From IMG/VR virus record IMGVR_UViG_3300028840_001395, positions 186,001-250,000 of that record: a stretch of 64,000 bases of DNA; one strand, written 5' to 3'. The notes under the pieces were generated by a model. The model saw nothing but the letters and a program-made list of their open reading frames with translations, did no database searches and had not been told where the DNA came from. Shown here piece by piece: positions 56,044-63,442 of the stretch. The number at the start of each line of letters is the position of its first letter. Within the stretch, counting starts at the first letter, position 1. Both the position numbers and the translations under genes were made by a program.

Positions 56044-56258
56044 GGCGCGTGACAGGAGTCGAACCTGCATAACCCTCCCCACAAGGGGGAAGGCAAAGAA
56101 GAGGCCAGGCCTGGTCAAGAGAGGGGCCTGCGACATCCACGCCGAGCGGGCCTAGCAGGCCCGTGTCCCGACTCATCCCATCTGCATGGCGATCCACCAT
56201 GCGTGCCCTTCTTCTCCCCCGGTTAAAGCGGGGGGCCTCACCGTTGGGCTACACGCGC
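56044..56258 (-). tRNA. Ochre-anticodon (UUA) tRNA-Gln-like RNA with 148-nt insertion in the variable region
   Basis: GCGCGTG/CACGCGC acceptor; GCC-CAACGGTGA-GGC D arm; CCCCG-CTTTAAC-CGGGG anticodon arm; GCAGG-TTCGACT-CCTGT T arm; no canonical encoded CCA (C73-ACA). Confidence 0.65.
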
Positions 56259-56268
56259 ACTGTCCTCT

Positions 56269-56297
56269 ATACTACTCTCTAAGGCGGGAGGATAAGC
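56269..56297 (-). promoter_or_regulatory. Phage motif promoter copy 19 (TAGTAT variant, tRNA operon)
   Basis: GCTTAT-N17-TAGTAT, 10 nt upstream of the first tRNA base. Confidence 0.8.
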
Positions 56298-56779
56298 CCA
56301 GGAGCATCGAAGTGGGCCATCCCCCCATCCCACCAGCCTACCCGAGCCTTGAACGCAGGATAGCCCTTTCTTATGTCCATGTCACCCGATTTCTTGCGGA
56401 TCAGGTCATTCGCGTAGGCCGGAACCACCCCCGTGGCCGTCGAGACTGTGACGTGGGGAGTCCGGCCCGCTACAGTCCGGAACTTCGTGGGAGGTTTCAC
56501 AATGAGCACCTGGGCCTTCTCATCCGAGACCTCCCCGACCACCTTGACCGCGACCGACTTGCCCCACGGGAGACTGTGGGGCCTTGTCTCTTCGCCGTCC
56601 TTGAAGTGCCAGATGGTCATGTGGTGAGCGAGTCTGACAGGGAAGCTCGGGGGAAAGGCCCGAAGGAGTCGTTGGCGGTCTTGGGAGGCGATGAACAGGG
56701 CGATGTAGATCACGCCATCGTCGGGGTGTCCAGCAACACGTCGCAGCCACCTGGCCGCGACTCGGTTGGCTGCTATCAC
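56279..56779 (-). CDS. 2H phosphoesterase (cyclic phosphodiesterase, tRNA-ligase CPD-like)
   Basis: Two Hx(T/S) motifs: AHHMTI and PHVTVST. Confidence 0.75.
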   Translation of the reverse strand: MIAANRVAARWLRRVAGHPDDGVIYIALFIASQDRQRLLRAFPPSFPVRLAHHMTIWHFKDGEETRPHSLPWGKSVAVKVVGEVSDEKAQVLIVKPPTKFRTVAGRTPHVTVSTATGVVPAYANDLIRKKSGDMDIRKGYPAFKARVGWWDGGMAHFDAPGLILPP

Positions 56780-57198
56780 GTAGTACCCGGCGGAGTGGGG
56801 ATCACCGAGGTTTCAAGCCAGTATCTCTTGACATCCTTCAGAAGGTTCTCCAGGTCACCATAGTTGATCGGCTTGACCACGTAGGAGTTCGCCCCATCGT
56901 AGAAAGACTGGAAGATGTCCGCCTCCAGCTTCGAGGTCGTCATCACGATCACCGGGATGTGGCGCAAGCTCGGATCATTCCGGATTTCCCGGAGGGCTTC
57001 CTGGCCGTCCATCAAGGGCATCTGCAAGTCGAGCATGACCACATCGGGTAACTTGCCCGACCGGAGACGCTCCAAGAGCTTCTGACCGTTCTCGACCCGC
57101 TCGACTTGAAGCGAGCAGTCGCAGTCCTTCATCGCTTCCTGAATGAGAACCCAGTCCTCACGATCATCTTCGGCAAAAAGAACCAGCGGGTCACTCAT
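56776..57198 (-). CDS. Single-domain response regulator (Rcp1/CheY-like)
   Basis: LFAEDD, PDVVMLDLQMPLMDG, IPVIVMTTS, GANSYVVKP. Confidence 0.93.
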   Translation of the reverse strand: MSDPLVLFAEDDREDWVLIQEAMKDCDCSLQVERVENGQKLLERLRSGKLPDVVMLDLQMPLMDGQEALREIRNDPSLRHIPVIVMTTSKLEADIFQSFYDGANSYVVKPINYGDLENLLKDVKRYWLETSVIPTPPGTT

Positions 57199-58288
57199 TG
57201 TGGGACTCCGGGGTCAAAGGGATTCTGATAATGAACGCAGCGCCGACGCCAGGTTCACCGCGAGCTTCGATGGTCGCCCCATACTGCTCAAGCAGACGAC
57301 GACAGAGGGCCAAACCAATACCCGTACCGGGATAGTCAAAGCGGGTGTGCAGCCTCGTGAACACCTCGAAGATCTTGTCCGCGTGCCCCTGGTCGAAACC
57401 AATGCCATTGTCCTGAACCACCACCACCGCGTCGTCTCCCTCGACGGTGCCGTGAATCTTGATCACCAAGGGGCGTTCGGGGTGGCGGAACTTGAGTGCA
57501 TTGGACAGGAGATTGGCGAACACCTGCCGAATCTGCATCGTATGGGCATGGACGGTCGGAAGTTCCCCCACCACGACCTCGGCGTTCGCCTCCTGCACCC
57601 TCAACTCAAGGTCTTGCAGGGCTTCCCGCAGCACACGACCCAGATCGACCACCATGAGAGGTACGTCGGTGTATCCAGCCCGTGCGTAGCTCAGCAGGTT
57701 ATCGATGAGATGGGACATCCGTTCTGTGGCCGAGAGCATCACCTGGAGATATTCGGCCCCGCGTTGGTCTATCTGGTCACTATACTTCTCTGTGAGGATC
57801 TTCCCGAACCCCTTGATCTTGTTCAAAGGTTCCCGGAGGTCGTGAGAGGCAGCATAGGCGAAGCTCTGGAGGGCTCGGTTGGAGGACTCAAGTTGCTTGG
57901 TGCGCTCCTGAACAGCATCTTCGAGCTTCTTCTGGGCCTTCTTCTGCTCGGACACATCCCTGATCACAACGATCACCTCGTTGTCTCCCGAGGCAGAGAA
58001 GCGGGCCTCGAACACACAGTCGGGGAACTCGTCCAGGGTGTATTCCCAGAGCAGGACTTCGCCGGTCTCCAAAGCTCCGAGGATGTAGTGCATCGCCTGT
58101 TCAGTGAACTCGGCGTCAAAGATCTCACCGACGGTCCGACCCACATACTCACTCGGAGAGACAAGCGACGGAACCTTCCCGACATGGGTGTCGAGGAATC
58201 GACCTTCTCGATTGAGCAGGTGGAGCATGTCCGGAGTTGCCCGAACGAATGCTCGGTAACGAGCCTCAATCGTGGTCAAGTGATCCAT
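57191..58288 (-). CDS. PAS-domain sensor histidine kinase (HisKA + HATPase_c)
   Basis: N-terminal PAS; ASHDLREPL (H box); NLLSNALKF; DNGIG; GTGIGLALC. Confidence 0.93.
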   Translation of the reverse strand: MDHLTTIEARYRAFVRATPDMLHLLNREGRFLDTHVGKVPSLVSPSEYVGRTVGEIFDAEFTEQAMHYILGALETGEVLLWEYTLDEFPDCVFEARFSASGDNEVIVVIRDVSEQKKAQKKLEDAVQERTKQLESSNRALQSFAYAASHDLREPLNKIKGFGKILTEKYSDQIDQRGAEYLQVMLSATERMSHLIDNLLSYARAGYTDVPLMVVDLGRVLREALQDLELRVQEANAEVVVGELPTVHAHTMQIRQVFANLLSNALKFRHPERPLVIKIHGTVEGDDAVVVVQDNGIGFDQGHADKIFEVFTRLHTRFDYPGTGIGLALCRRLLEQYGATIEARGEPGVGAAFIIRIPLTPESHNE

Positions 58289-59073
58289 CCCGACCCCGAC
58301 GCACTCACCATGCTCTTGAGGTCTTTCAAGTCCTTGAGCTTGTCCACGTTGAGTGCATCGAGCAGGAGTACGAACAGAACAGCGACGAGCACCAAGCACA
58401 GGAACATGACGATGGCGGCGACGGGATGGGCACCAATCCACTCAAGTGCCCACTTCCAGGCAGACTTGTTGGCGTTCTTGACCTCCTCCAGAATCGCATC
58501 GTGCTGGGTCTTGTCCTCCTCGGCCCGACGCTTCATCCCCTGGGAGAAGTCACGTCGAAGCTCTGACATCTCCTGAGAGGTCTTGGTCTGGGCCTGGACG
58601 GACTCTCGGGTCAACCCCACAAGCTGCTCGATGAGAACTCCGACACCGGGCGCACCGTCACCATTCTGGCGGCGCTTCTCCTGCACCCCGATGGCATAGA
58701 GGCAAGTGCGCTCCAGCAGGTCGCCCCCAAAGGTGCCCTTCTCCAGATACTCGACAGCCCCGATGTCCATTGCCTGAAGCTGAAGGTTCCGGTCTCCATG
58801 ACTGGTCACGATGATGACAGGAGTATGGAAGTGCAGCTCGTGGAGCTTGCGGAGAAACGTGATGCCGTCACTGTCCGGCAGCTTGTAGTCGAGGAGGACT
58901 ACATCGTAGCGGTGATGCGTCTGCTGGAGTTGGTAGAAGCCTTCCTGTGCCGTGTGCGCGTCGTCAACGACGAACTTCGCTCGGCTGGCGTCCTCTAGCA
59001 GATCCCGGATGAGACGGCAATCGTCCTGATCGTCATCAATCACCAAGACCCGGACGGTCAAAGGAGAAGGCAT
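58276..59073 (-). CDS. Response regulator receiver fused to a coiled coil and C-terminal TM helix
   Basis: LVIDDDQDD, VLLDYKLPDSDG, IIVTSHG, YLEKG; then coiled coil and VAAIVMFLCLVLVAVLFVLLL. Confidence 0.85.
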   Translation of the reverse strand: MPSPLTVRVLVIDDDQDDCRLIRDLLEDASRAKFVVDDAHTAQEGFYQLQQTHHRYDVVLLDYKLPDSDGITFLRKLHELHFHTPVIIVTSHGDRNLQLQAMDIGAVEYLEKGTFGGDLLERTCLYAIGVQEKRRQNGDGAPGVGVLIEQLVGLTRESVQAQTKTSQEMSELRRDFSQGMKRRAEEDKTQHDAILEEVKNANKSAWKWALEWIGAHPVAAIVMFLCLVLVAVLFVLLLDALNVDKLKDLKDLKSMVSASGSGWIT

Positions 59074-59095
59074 CTAAGTCCACCCCGCACCCCTG

Positions 59096-60133
59096 TCAGG
59101 AGCAGTAGGAAAGCTGCTTGGTCAGGTAGCGGTTGAGGTTCGTGAGCGCCCGGAACAGCGTGCGACTGTCGTCCACCGTCGCATGAATGGCCTTTTCGAG
59201 ATAGTTGTCGATCTTCCGGGCCATCGTGCTGTCCTGGCGAGCGACCTTGGCAAGCAAGACCGAAGCCCGGTCAAGGGCAGTCTGGATGGCCTCCGCATCC
59301 GGCTCATAGCCGCCCTTGATGAGATCCATCGCCGTGCTGATCTCGACCTGAAGCTGCTTCAGGCCAGGGATGCACACGGTCACGCTCTGGGTGCCCCAGC
59401 CGAAGCCCACGTCGCGGGCCAGACCCACCGGGTACTCGCCCTGGGGCAGCTTCTTGCCGTCCACCGGGGAGACATGGTTGCGACCGAAGGCGTCCACGTA
59501 GCCGTGGCTCACGCGCTTGGCGTAGTGCTTCTGAAGCTCACGCTTGGCCATGTTGAGGTCAGGGAACCAGAATCGCTGGTCGGTATCGAACTTGGCCCCG
59601 TCGATGCGACCCGTTGCGCCGGAGTCCGTCATCGCGCCCCAGCGCCGGATGACCTTGAAGCCACCCTCGTCCGGGACGACCATGCCCTCGTAGAACTTCG
59701 ACTTGTTCTTCGCGGCATCGATCAGGTAGACCATGAAAGCCTCACCCGCCTTGACCTTGTTCCGGTTCAGGCCCTCCCGTTGCAGGATCGGCTTGTGGGC
59801 CACCTTGCGGAGCAGGGCATACTTCTCCATGCAGGTCAGGCCCGCCCACTTCTGGACGGTCATGCCCTGCTTCTGGTAGCAGAAGCACGCGATCTTCGCG
59901 GCCTCGACGGCTTCGAGGCGCATCTCATGGGCCTGCTTGAGCAGTGGGATGAGGTGCTGCCGGGTCTCCGGGTTATCGGAGGCGCACTTCTGCATCTCAG
60001 CCAGCAGACCCGACTCCTGGGCCTCGCTCAGCTCCACGAACTCATCCTGGTCGAACACGTCCAGGTAGGGCTGATCGGGGGTCATCGTCTGGTGCTTCTT
60101 CTTGGCACCGATTTCCTGGGGGTCAAAGTCCAT
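59096..60133 (-). CDS. WGR-domain protein (non-catalytic)
   Basis: KNKSKFYEGMVV...KVIRRWGA...KRVSHGY in the centre; helical flanks. Confidence 0.65.
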   Translation of the reverse strand: MDFDPQEIGAKKKHQTMTPDQPYLDVFDQDEFVELSEAQESGLLAEMQKCASDNPETRQHLIPLLKQAHEMRLEAVEAAKIACFCYQKQGMTVQKWAGLTCMEKYALLRKVAHKPILQREGLNRNKVKAGEAFMVYLIDAAKNKSKFYEGMVVPDEGGFKVIRRWGAMTDSGATGRIDGAKFDTDQRFWFPDLNMAKRELQKHYAKRVSHGYVDAFGRNHVSPVDGKKLPQGEYPVGLARDVGFGWGTQSVTVCIPGLKQLQVEISTAMDLIKGGYEPDAEAIQTALDRASVLLAKVARQDSTMARKIDNYLEKAIHATVDDSRTLFRALTNLNRYLTKQLSYCS

Positions 60134-60195
60134 CACATCCTCCCGCAAGGGTATTCGTCTCCACCCCTACGGAAATATCAAAGCCCTACCGAGAA

Positions 60196-60699
60196 TCAGA
60201 TGGTGAGGAAGTCGAAATCGTCCTCGTCTTCGTCGTCTTCCCCGAGGAGGTTCTCCACGGTCTCCTTGGACTTCGGCGGCAGCTTGTCATTGAGATACGC
60301 CTCAAGCTCGGCCAGGTCGAACTCGTCATCCTCTGTCTCTTCCGGCAGACCGGGTGTGGATACGGTCGAGAAGCCGCACATCTGGGTGATGGCGGCGGAG
60401 ATGCCGAGGAGGTGCTTCTTGAGTTCTTGCAGCACCACCCGGAGAGCAATGGGGTCGCAGAAGTCCTCCTTGTGCATCCACAGAAGGCAGTTCCCGTGTG
60501 TGTCCGTCTTGGCCTTCATGTAGGCGGCAATGCCCTTGCCACGAGCACTCCCTCGCTGGACATTGGTTAAGACCGCGATTTCAATGATAATCTCACCGAT
60601 CTCGATGGTGTCTATCCAGCCGGTCTTGAACTCCTCACGGGATACCACGGCTCCGGGGAAGAACTCCTGCATCTCGGTATCGAAGGTTCGTCTATCCAT
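60196..60699 (-). CDS. Hypothetical protein with acidic tail
   Basis: MDRRTFDTE...; AGGAG RBS. Confidence 0.7.
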   Translation of the reverse strand: MDRRTFDTEMQEFFPGAVVSREEFKTGWIDTIEIGEIIIEIAVLTNVQRGSARGKGIAAYMKAKTDTHGNCLLWMHKEDFCDPIALRVVLQELKKHLLGISAAITQMCGFSTVSTPGLPEETEDDEFDLAELEAYLNDKLPPKSKETVENLLGEDDEDEDDFDFLTI

Positions 60700-60775
60700 G
60701 CTCCTACTACCCTTTTTCTGGCAAGGGGGCTCCCCCTCCGTCCGATAGGGTATCAGAGGGGAAGGAGGTGCAAGC

Positions 60776-61564
60776 ATGAGCACCGCAGCAGTCGATACGA
60801 ACACTGGCGACGTGAAGATGGCCTCCGTTCTCTCCGAGATCGGTGACCTCGATCAGGGCACCCTCGTATCCGCCCGGCTCAAGAAGAAGGGCGTGCAGCG
60901 GGGCCAGGCAGGCTCCAAGGTCGTGTACGATGACGACTTCGTTCACGTCCTGATCTGGAGTGGCTTCCACTACCAGGCGCTGGTCGAGCGTTCCTTCAAG
61001 AAACTCCACCAGTTGTGGGGCAAGGGCGACCTGGCCACCAAGCTCATCGAGGCGACCCGCAACAAGGGTCAGCTCGGGGTCACCGTGGGCGACGTGACCA
61101 CGGCCATCCAGGAGGTCGAGGACGCCCTCCTCAAGGTCATCCGGTCCGGCCAGAAAACCGAGTCCATCTACGCCGAAGAGATTGAGCAGCCCATCTCGGT
61201 CTGGACCCCGCTGGAGGTGGGCGGCAAGCGCATCCGGGGAGCCAAGGTCTATGACGGGGCGGGTGACCCGAACAACCCGCGTGCGCCCAAGCCGGGCACC
61301 GTGTACATCGACGGCGTGAAGCTCGGGGAGAAGATTCTGACCCCCGCGCCGAACGGTTCCTGGAAGCCCAAGCAGAAGGCCAAGACGGTCGCCAAGGACA
61401 TCCTGCGGTCGTGGCTGCCCATCGGGCTGTACGTCCGCTACGCGCTGGAGAAGGAGCGGCTGCTCGACGTGAAGGTCGGGGATGAGGCCGGTCAGTTCGC
61501 CAAGTCCGAAGGCGTGCCGGTGGATCCGATGGCGGTCAAGTCGCTGTTCAAGATCGCCCCCTAG
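60776..61564 (+). CDS. Hypothetical protein (262 aa)
   Basis: AAGGAGG RBS; strong codon bias. Confidence 0.8.
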   Translation: MSTAAVDTNTGDVKMASVLSEIGDLDQGTLVSARLKKKGVQRGQAGSKVVYDDDFVHVLIWSGFHYQALVERSFKKLHQLWGKGDLATKLIEATRNKGQLGVTVGDVTTAIQEVEDALLKVIRSGQKTESIYAEEIEQPISVWTPLEVGGKRIRGAKVYDGAGDPNNPRAPKPGTVYIDGVKLGEKILTPAPNGSWKPKQKAKTVAKDILRSWLPIGLYVRYALEKERLLDVKVGDEAGQFAKSEGVPVDPMAVKSLFKIAP

Positions 61565-62334
61565 CTGTCGGGGTCGTCGGGATCTTCGACCTCGATGAAC
61601 GTGCCCCCGTCGTAGGCGTCGTTCAGCGTCACCTCATCGACAATCTTGTCCATGTCGATCTCCGACACCAGACGCTCGCTCTCCTCGCGCCAGAGCTTCT
61701 CCTTGGCGTCAGCGTGACAGGGAGGACTCACGGCCAGCCACACGTCATCCTGCTCGCAGATGTGCTTGGCCTCCTTGAGTGACTCGGCGGGAGCCAGGGG
61801 CAGGTTGTTGTTGCAGTCGTCATCGAACACGCGCCAGCAGAGGATCGCTTCCTCCCCCTCGACCACGAGATGCGTGATGATGGTCTCGAAGTCCTTATCC
61901 TCTCCGGGAACGATGTAGATCATCCGGTGGTAGTGCAGGTTGGCGTCGATGCCTTCCAGCACCCCCGGAGGGATGGTCATCCAGCCCCGGTCGAGAGGGA
62001 TCTGTCCGTTCATGCAGCCCTCGATCTCTTCCAGCGCCTTTGCCCGCTTGGCTTCCTGGCGCTCGACGCCTTCGGCCACATACTCCAGTAGCGTCTTGCC
62101 CCGTAGACGGGCGACGATGAACATGACCACGAACAAGGGCCAGCGAATGAACGCTCCGAGAGCCTTCATCAAGGGGATACCCCCCTCGGACTCGCCCAAG
62201 ACCTTACGGAGCCAGTCACGGAAGCTCGCGCCCCTCGATTGGACGAGGGCGACCTCGAACAAGATCACTGTGGGCAGCGCGAAGGTGCCCACGAAGAGAT
62301 ACCCGAGTGAGATATTGAGGAAGGTGTCCATCAT
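61561..62334 (-). CDS. Membrane protein with soluble C-terminal domain
   Basis: Two N-terminal hydrophobic helices. Confidence 0.7.
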   Translation of the reverse strand: MMDTFLNISLGYLFVGTFALPTVILFEVALVQSRGASFRDWLRKVLGESEGGIPLMKALGAFIRWPLFVVMFIVARLRGKTLLEYVAEGVERQEAKRAKALEEIEGCMNGQIPLDRGWMTIPPGVLEGIDANLHYHRMIYIVPGEDKDFETIITHLVVEGEEAILCWRVFDDDCNNNLPLAPAESLKEAKHICEQDDVWLAVSPPCHADAKEKLWREESERLVSEIDMDKIVDEVTLNDAYDGGTFIEVEDPDDPDS

Positions 62335-62762
62335 TCCTCCGCACTTTGGCGGCGGCGCATCACCAGGAGGGCGTCACGCTTCTTGTTGATGCTCTCGATG
62401 GCCTGTTGCATCTTCGTCCAGACCGAGGCGTTGTCCGAGTGAATCCGGATCTCGTCCGGTATCACGTCCAGGTTCTCGTGGACGGCGATCTGCTCCTCCA
62501 ACCACGTCAACACGTCGTAGCCCGTGCGGCCTTCGGGGTCTGGTGTCCCGAACCCGTAGCAGCCACCCAGGTCGTGATCGAGCGAGAGGATGCCGACCTC
62601 GCCGGTCTCCAGCATGGCGATGGTGTCGGCCACAGACCGAACCACGAGCCAGGTCGTCGGTGAATCCTTGATGTACTCGGGCGGATGCTCGACCCACACG
62701 CCCTTGTCGTCCGGCACACCCCGGATGTCGTCCAGGTAGACGTTGACCTTGTTGTCACCCAT
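62331..62762 (-). CDS. Cyclic-phosphate-processing receiver domain protein (RNA-repair associated)
   Basis: VYLDDIR, W.VVRS, LSLDHDLG, TGYDVLTW, IRIHSDN. Confidence 0.8.
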   Translation of the reverse strand: MGDNKVNVYLDDIRGVPDDKGVWVEHPPEYIKDSPTTWLVVRSVADTIAMLETGEVGILSLDHDLGGCYGFGTPDPEGRTGYDVLTWLEEQIAVHENLDVIPDEIRIHSDNASVWTKMQQAIESINKKRDALLVMRRRQSAEE

Positions 62763-62788
62763 AACGCTCAACCCTCCCTGGCTCTATT

Positions 62789-63250
62789 CTACACGGCAAC
62801 CTTGCGACGTTCCAGTTCCGCCAAGATCGCCTCCAGGGGCACCTCCCGCAGCCCGTAGGGGTCGAGAGGCTCGTCGGGGTCGGTGAGGCACGCCTGGAAG
62901 CTCTCGGCCTCCTTCACGGCGGTCTTCGGTCCCTTGGAGGGCATCAGGACGAGCTTGTCCGCGTGAACCTCGGTGATGACCCCCCACATCCGGTCGCGGC
63001 TGCGTCGGCCCCCGCCCGAGATGTAGTCCCCGGCGAACTCGACCGGGACTCCGGGTTTGGCCCACTCGGGAATCAGGTAGTAGAAGTCGTCCCCCCGCGC
63101 CTTGTCTGCGAAGTGGCGCTTGAGGCCACCGGGGGCGGTCGGGTCGATGGCGATCTTGGCCCACCAGTTCTTGCCCCGCTTGTGGTTCTCCCACTTGGGA
63201 ACCTCGGTCAGTGCGCCGTGCTCGATGGCCAGGGTGATGGTGTCGCTCAT
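62789..63250 (-). CDS. Hypothetical protein
   Basis: MSDTITLAIE...GKNWWAKI. Confidence 0.7.
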   Translation of the reverse strand: MSDTITLAIEHGALTEVPKWENHKRGKNWWAKIAIDPTAPGGLKRHFADKARGDDFYYLIPEWAKPGVPVEFAGDYISGGGRRSRDRMWGVITEVHADKLVLMPSKGPKTAVKEAESFQACLTDPDEPLDPYGLREVPLEAILAELERRKVAV

Positions 63251-63429
63251 CGCCCGATCCCCTTGAAGTTGTAGTTGCCCGCCCGGATTGCCGCCTCGTC
63301 GGCCCTCCGTGCCTCCTCGAAGCGCGGATCCTCCCGCTCCTTGTCGGAGCAGTCGAGGCAGATCTCCTGGGTGTTGAACATCGACATGATGTGGCAGCTT
63401 GTCTCTTTCCCGCATCGCTGGCAGCGCAT
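63247..63429 (-). CDS. Small Zn-finger protein
   Basis: CQRC...SMFNTQEICLDC...E..HP-like pattern. Confidence 0.7.
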   Translation of the reverse strand: MRCQRCGKETSCHIMSMFNTQEICLDCSDKEREDPRFEEARRADEAAIRAGNYNFKGIGR

Positions 63430-63442
63430 CGTGACCTCCCGG

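Noticed and set aside
56044-56258. tmRNA or hammerhead ribozyme
   Set aside because: No G3.U70 alanine determinant, and it has full D and anticodon stems that tmRNA lacks; GATGAG is present but the CUGAUGA...GAAA core is not
1620-56297. Repeated CTAGACTACTCT/ATAAGCCC sequence as a CRISPR array or IS ends
   Set aside because: Copies are dispersed, on both strands, bipartite with a variable 17-nt spacer and tied to gene starts; no cas or transposase genes
11560-60523. Long antisense ORFs (11560-13173, 16765-18255, 22313-23299, 51116-52180 beyond the last 52 codons, 57143-58576, 59183-60523 and similar)
   Set aside because: Shadow frames of real genes caused by high GC3; low-complexity Ala/Arg/Gly/Leu translations with no motifs
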